NCBI GenBank assembly: GCA_963835585.1
Contig: CAWIGF010000001.1
Location: 34,184 to 98,183 of the forward strand
Length of the DNA stretch: 64,000 bases
Source: an uncultured Candidatus Woesearchaeota archaeon
Lineage (GTDB): Archaea > Nanobdellota > Nanobdellia > Woesearchaeales > UBA10107
Direction of reading: 5' to 3'
Shown piece by piece: positions 60,791 through 64,000 of this stretch; within the stretch, counting starts at the first letter, position 1, and each line of letters opens with the position of its first letter. Below the pieces are notes generated by a model. That model saw only the letters and a list, made by a program, of their open reading frames with translations. It was not told the DNA's origin and ran no database searches. A program made the position numbers and the translations under genes.

Positions 60791-62346
60791 TTCTTATTAG
60801 AATATTTCTTAAGGCTCATCTGTCCCTTTCTTTTTGTCTCGTTGATTCCTTCCATTTTATCACCGACTTGTTCCTTGACAGTTCTAGCCACGGATTCTCC
60901 CAATAATTGCTTTAATGTTCCGAAATCGATTTTCTTCACATCTCCCAAATCCTTGATACCGTTGTTGAACATTTTTCTCGCTCGAACCCTTCCTATTTCC
61001 TTTAGTTGCAAGAGTGTTAGCAGTTCCTCCTTGGCTCCGTATTTCATTCTTAGCCTGAGTTTGTTGAATTCTTTCGCGAACTCATGATGCTCGTTCATTT
61101 TTGCAAGCTCATGCCACGAATACAGCAGCCAGTCGGCAACATCTAGTTTTGCCCTGGATTCTCCCGGACGCACATCAAAATTCTCGAGCATGTACTCATC
61201 ATCCTTCTCGTCCATCCATTCCATGAAAAACTGCGTAGTCTTGATTGAATTAAGGAAATCATCGTATTCAGGCTCGAACATATCAGGTTCTTCCGTAAGA
61301 AGCTCGTCCTCGTGCTCAACGACCAATGCGGTGTACTCATTATTCTCTCTGGATTTGACATTGAGAAGAGGCCTCATTTCGAGCGTGTCTGAAATCATCT
61401 GGATTAGTGCAAAGGTGGTGTGCATCTTTGCCCCAAGTCCCTCGAGCAATTTGTGCGCGGTCAATGGATCTATGTACAGCTGTGCAACCCTCCTCCCTAT
61501 TTCTGTCGCATGGATTGCATCGTTTTGCATCTCATCCGCGGATACAAAATCACTTTGCTTTGTTTTTATGAACTTGAATTCGCTAAGGAGGCGTATCATC
61601 TTGTCGATGATCGTCTCAAGTTTCTTCATGTCCTCGAACTGATGCGCCCAGAATGTTTTCGAGAAAAAATTGAGAAGTTCCTTGCGCGATGACACGAATC
61701 CTGATGCAATCAAGCTGAGAACATATGTCCTTAGCACGGGTTCGACTGCGAGCTTTGACGTTATGTTCTCCGGTTCGCCATGCACGTAACGATCAGTGAT
61801 TTCTTCCCTCTCTTTTTCAGTGGATGTGATAACAATGCTTTCTCCTTCCGTATCGTATTTTGGCCTTCCTGCCCTGCCTGCCTGCTGCAGATATTCCAGG
61901 ACAGGAATGTAATTATATCCTCTCTGGCTGAATCTCTTCACATCCCTAATGATTGTCCTGAATGCCGGAAGATCGACTCCTGCTGCCAATGTCGGAGTAG
62001 CGCATATTATTTTTATTTTTCCGGTCCTGAAATTATCTTCAATTAATTCCTTCTGTTTTGATGCCAGTCCCGCATGATGGAATGCTATCTGATATTGCAC
62101 AAGTTCCGCAAGCTTCTCGCACTGCCTTGTCGGTTTGCTCAATACATGAAGAATAGTATTGCTTAATTCTGGATTTGTCTTTTGGTGATTCTTTCTGAGA
62201 AATTTGACAATGTCTTCCGCAACTTTTTCGGCAGATCTTTTTGCGTTCACAAAAACCAGTGCCTGCTTGCTCTTTTCCAACGTGTCTAGAACGACATTGA
62301 CGACATCTTCGTTTGTCTTTTCAGGAATGGTGAAGGACTTAGTCAT
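60787..62346 (-). CDS. Hel308/Ski2-like helicase, C-terminal part only
   Basis: QALVFVN, AFHHAGL, ATPTLAAGVDLPA, QAGRAGRP, IGRVRARK; no Walker A or DExH. Confidence 0.88.
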   Translation of the reverse strand: MTKSFTIPEKTNEDVVNVVLDTLEKSKQALVFVNAKRSAEKVAEDIVKFLRKNHQKTNPELSNTILHVLSKPTRQCEKLAELVQYQIAFHHAGLASKQKELIEDNFRTGKIKIICATPTLAAGVDLPAFRTIIRDVKRFSQRGYNYIPVLEYLQQAGRAGRPKYDTEGESIVITSTEKEREEITDRYVHGEPENITSKLAVEPVLRTYVLSLIASGFVSSRKELLNFFSKTFWAHQFEDMKKLETIIDKMIRLLSEFKFIKTKQSDFVSADEMQNDAIHATEIGRRVAQLYIDPLTAHKLLEGLGAKMHTTFALIQMISDTLEMRPLLNVKSRENNEYTALVVEHEDELLTEEPDMFEPEYDDFLNSIKTTQFFMEWMDEKDDEYMLENFDVRPGESRAKLDVADWLLYSWHELAKMNEHHEFAKEFNKLRLRMKYGAKEELLTLLQLKEIGRVRARKMFNNGIKDLGDVKKIDFGTLKQLLGESVARTVKEQVGDKMEGINETKRKGQMSLKKYSNKN

Positions 62347-62899
62347 TTCTTGCGATGATCTCCAGCAATAACGGAAATTCCTTGTATTCGGATCCTTTTT
62401 CAAGATTGAAATGTCCCTGCCCTTTTTTCACGATCAGCTCCCCTCCTAATTGCTTGGATAGATATTGCGCATGCTCGAGTGGACAATATGGATCATTATC
62501 AGAATGTATGAATATGAATTTCTTTGCATGTTTTTTTATTTTCTCAAAGTCAAACTTTTCTTCGAACAATCCATCAAGACTTTTCTCTCCAAGATTGTCT
62601 TTGAATGATCCTACTAGGATACACGTGTTGACAACAATGTCTTTTGGAAGGTGCTGCAGTAATCCAAGAATTGCAACTGCTCCTGAAGAATGCCCTATTA
62701 TGAACGAATCAGAATTGAATTTCCATTCTTTGTTTTTAAAAATGAATTCATTGTATTTTTTTATGTTTGGTGCATCTGCACCAGGCAAGTCCGGACTCCA
62801 TACTCTCCAGCCTTTCTTCTTAAGTTCTGTTTTCAGCCACGGGAACCAATTTCCCTGAGATGAACTTCCTGTTCCGTGGAGTATGAGTGCATTTTTCAT
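62339..62899 (-). CDS. RBBP9/YdeN alpha/beta hydrolase
   Basis: ILHG, WFPWLK, GHSSG, SDNDPY, GHF. Confidence 0.92.
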   Translation of the reverse strand: MKNALILHGTGSSSQGNWFPWLKTELKKKGWRVWSPDLPGADAPNIKKYNEFIFKNKEWKFNSDSFIIGHSSGAVAILGLLQHLPKDIVVNTCILVGSFKDNLGEKSLDGLFEEKFDFEKIKKHAKKFIFIHSDNDPYCPLEHAQYLSKQLGGELIVKKGQGHFNLEKGSEYKEFPLLLEIIARND

Positions 62900-63339
62900 A
62901 AATTCTCCAACAATTTGCTGATTATCTTTTGTTTAAGCTTCTCAGAAATTTCAATATTTCCTTCCCTGTCGTAGTACTGCCCAAATTTGGAATCCGAGAA
63001 TTTTGTTCCATCAATTACGACATCATGATCGTAACGAGGAAGGAAATGCCAATGAACATGAGGTTGTGGTGGGTTTTCTTTGTATGCGTCATTCATCAAA
63101 CAAGTCCAATTGAACATAGTAGCATCAAATGACTTTTTCGTAGCATTTTCAAGTTGCTTTGCTATCCCGAAAAAATCCAAGATCTCATTTTGCTCAAGTT
63201 CAGAAAGATTTCCACAGTGTCTTTTCAAAACAACAATACACCTGCCAAGCTGGCTTTGATTCATTCCAAGAAGAATGTTCCAGTACTTTGTTTCTTTTAT
63301 GAAATTAATCTTTTCTTTCTTGCAAAATATACATGCCAT
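62896..63339 (-). CDS. HIT family protein
   Basis: CIFC, HVHWHFLPR. Confidence 0.9.
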   Translation of the reverse strand: MACIFCKKEKINFIKETKYWNILLGMNQSQLGRCIVVLKRHCGNLSELEQNEILDFFGIAKQLENATKKSFDATMFNWTCLMNDAYKENPPQPHVHWHFLPRYDHDVVIDGTKFSDSKFGQYYDREGNIEISEKLKQKIISKLLENL

Positions 63340-63401
63340 GTTGTTTTGTGTTTATTTTCCATTTAATAAAGCTAATGCCGGGTTGTCCTTTGCTAAAAAA
63401 G

Positions 63402-63617
63402 TGGTGCGCCCCCCGTGACTTTCAGTGAACTCATTTCTGAGTCCGACGTTTGAACACGGGACCGTTATCGGTGTTTTGTAACACTCTCGATGTCTAGCCT
63501 TGCTGAGCAAGGATATCAGTTTCACTTCCGCTTACTTTCGCACGGCGGAACGAGTGCTCCATTGCCCCGCATCCCGCAAGCATTTGCGGGGAGCAGTCCA
63601 GGCTAAGCTAGGGGCGC
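63402..63617 (-). tRNA. tRNA-Ile(GAT) with five introns
   Basis: Removing 63562-97, 63521-50, 63492-513, 63465-85 and 63419-48 gives a 77-nt cloverleaf ending ACCA; BHB-type motifs at each junction. Confidence 0.9.
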
Positions 63618-63642
63618 ACGTTAACAAGAAGGAAGTAGCTCA

Positions 63643-63657
63643 TTTTTAAAGGTTTCC
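63643..63657 (-). promoter_or_regulatory. BRE/TATA promoter of the tRNA-Ile gene
   Basis: GGAAACCTTTAAAAA about 25 nt upstream of the tRNA 5' end. Confidence 0.65.
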
Positions 63658-63731
63658 TATAAACCGCAGTACCAAAACCCACAGGACAACCGCGTGTGAG
63701 GCTTATAAGTCATAAATTCTATTTATTCTTG

Positions 63732-64000
63732 ATGACGAAAGTATTTACAAAAGAACAAATCAAAGAAATACGAGAGATTTATCTTCGTTTGAAATCAGTA
63801 CACAAAGTAAGTAAAAAACTTCATATCTCAATAAGCACTGCATACAAATATGCTGGTGATTTAGCTCCGCACCAAAACATCATAACTTCATTAAAAACAA
63901 AGAATGAGCGATTAATTGGTATTTATGTTGGATTGTGGATGGGAGATGGAACGCAATTTTATAATGGTCGTTTCAATATTAAAATTTGTAGTAATAAAAA
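63732..64000 (+). CDS. HTH + LAGLIDADG-type endonuclease (runs off the window end)
   Basis: Manual translation MTKVFTKEQIKEIREIYLRLKSVHKVSKKLHISISTAYKY...LIGIYVGLWMGDGTQF. Confidence 0.75.
   Translation, partial: MTKVFTKEQIKEIREIYLRLKSVHKVSKKLHISISTAYKYAGDLAPHQNIITSLKTKNERLIGIYVGLWMGDGTQFYNGRFNIKICSNK

Noticed and set aside
63569..63578. GCATCCCGCA inside tRNA-Ile intron 1 matches the tRNA-Leu 3'-end repeat
   Set aside because: Only 10 nt and part of a GC hairpin; could be chance, with no supporting flanks

Overview
Low-GC archaeal chromosome segment. The gene set and style (eL21-Rpo4-DUF655, eS19-eL39-eL31-Cbf5, eL15, ftsZ-secE-spt5, thermosome, short histone, many tiny AbrB/Zn-ribbon ORFs) suggest a DPANN archaeon, probably Woesearchaeales; this is inference. 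Housekeeping blocks alternate with accessory regions. The strongest signals are in RNA genes. (1) A tRNA-Ile(GAT) gene at 63402-63617 (-) is interrupted by FIVE introns, each with a bulge-helix-bulge-type motif, and reconstructs to a normal 77-nt tRNA; a LAGLIDADG-type ORF lies divergently next to it. (2) A tRNA-Leu has the A34 anticodon AAG; its 3' end recurs three more times with short inverted-repeat elements that punctuate an integrase-less cassette array (6.9-11.4 kb). (3) An island carries a ~200-nt structured RNA followed by two atypical tRNAs (a short-variable-arm GCT tRNA and a TGT tRNA with G-1:C73), next to a DDE transposase and a restriction-modification-like pair. Also present: an IS5-family element with 9-bp TSDs whose transposase reads in frame into the thermosome gene, an ArmA/Rmt-like methyltransferase, a thrC with one in-frame TGA, a Hel308 lacking its N-terminal ATPase domain, and a virus-like small-ORF cluster. 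All calls come from reading the sequence and from motif recall; no database searches were run.
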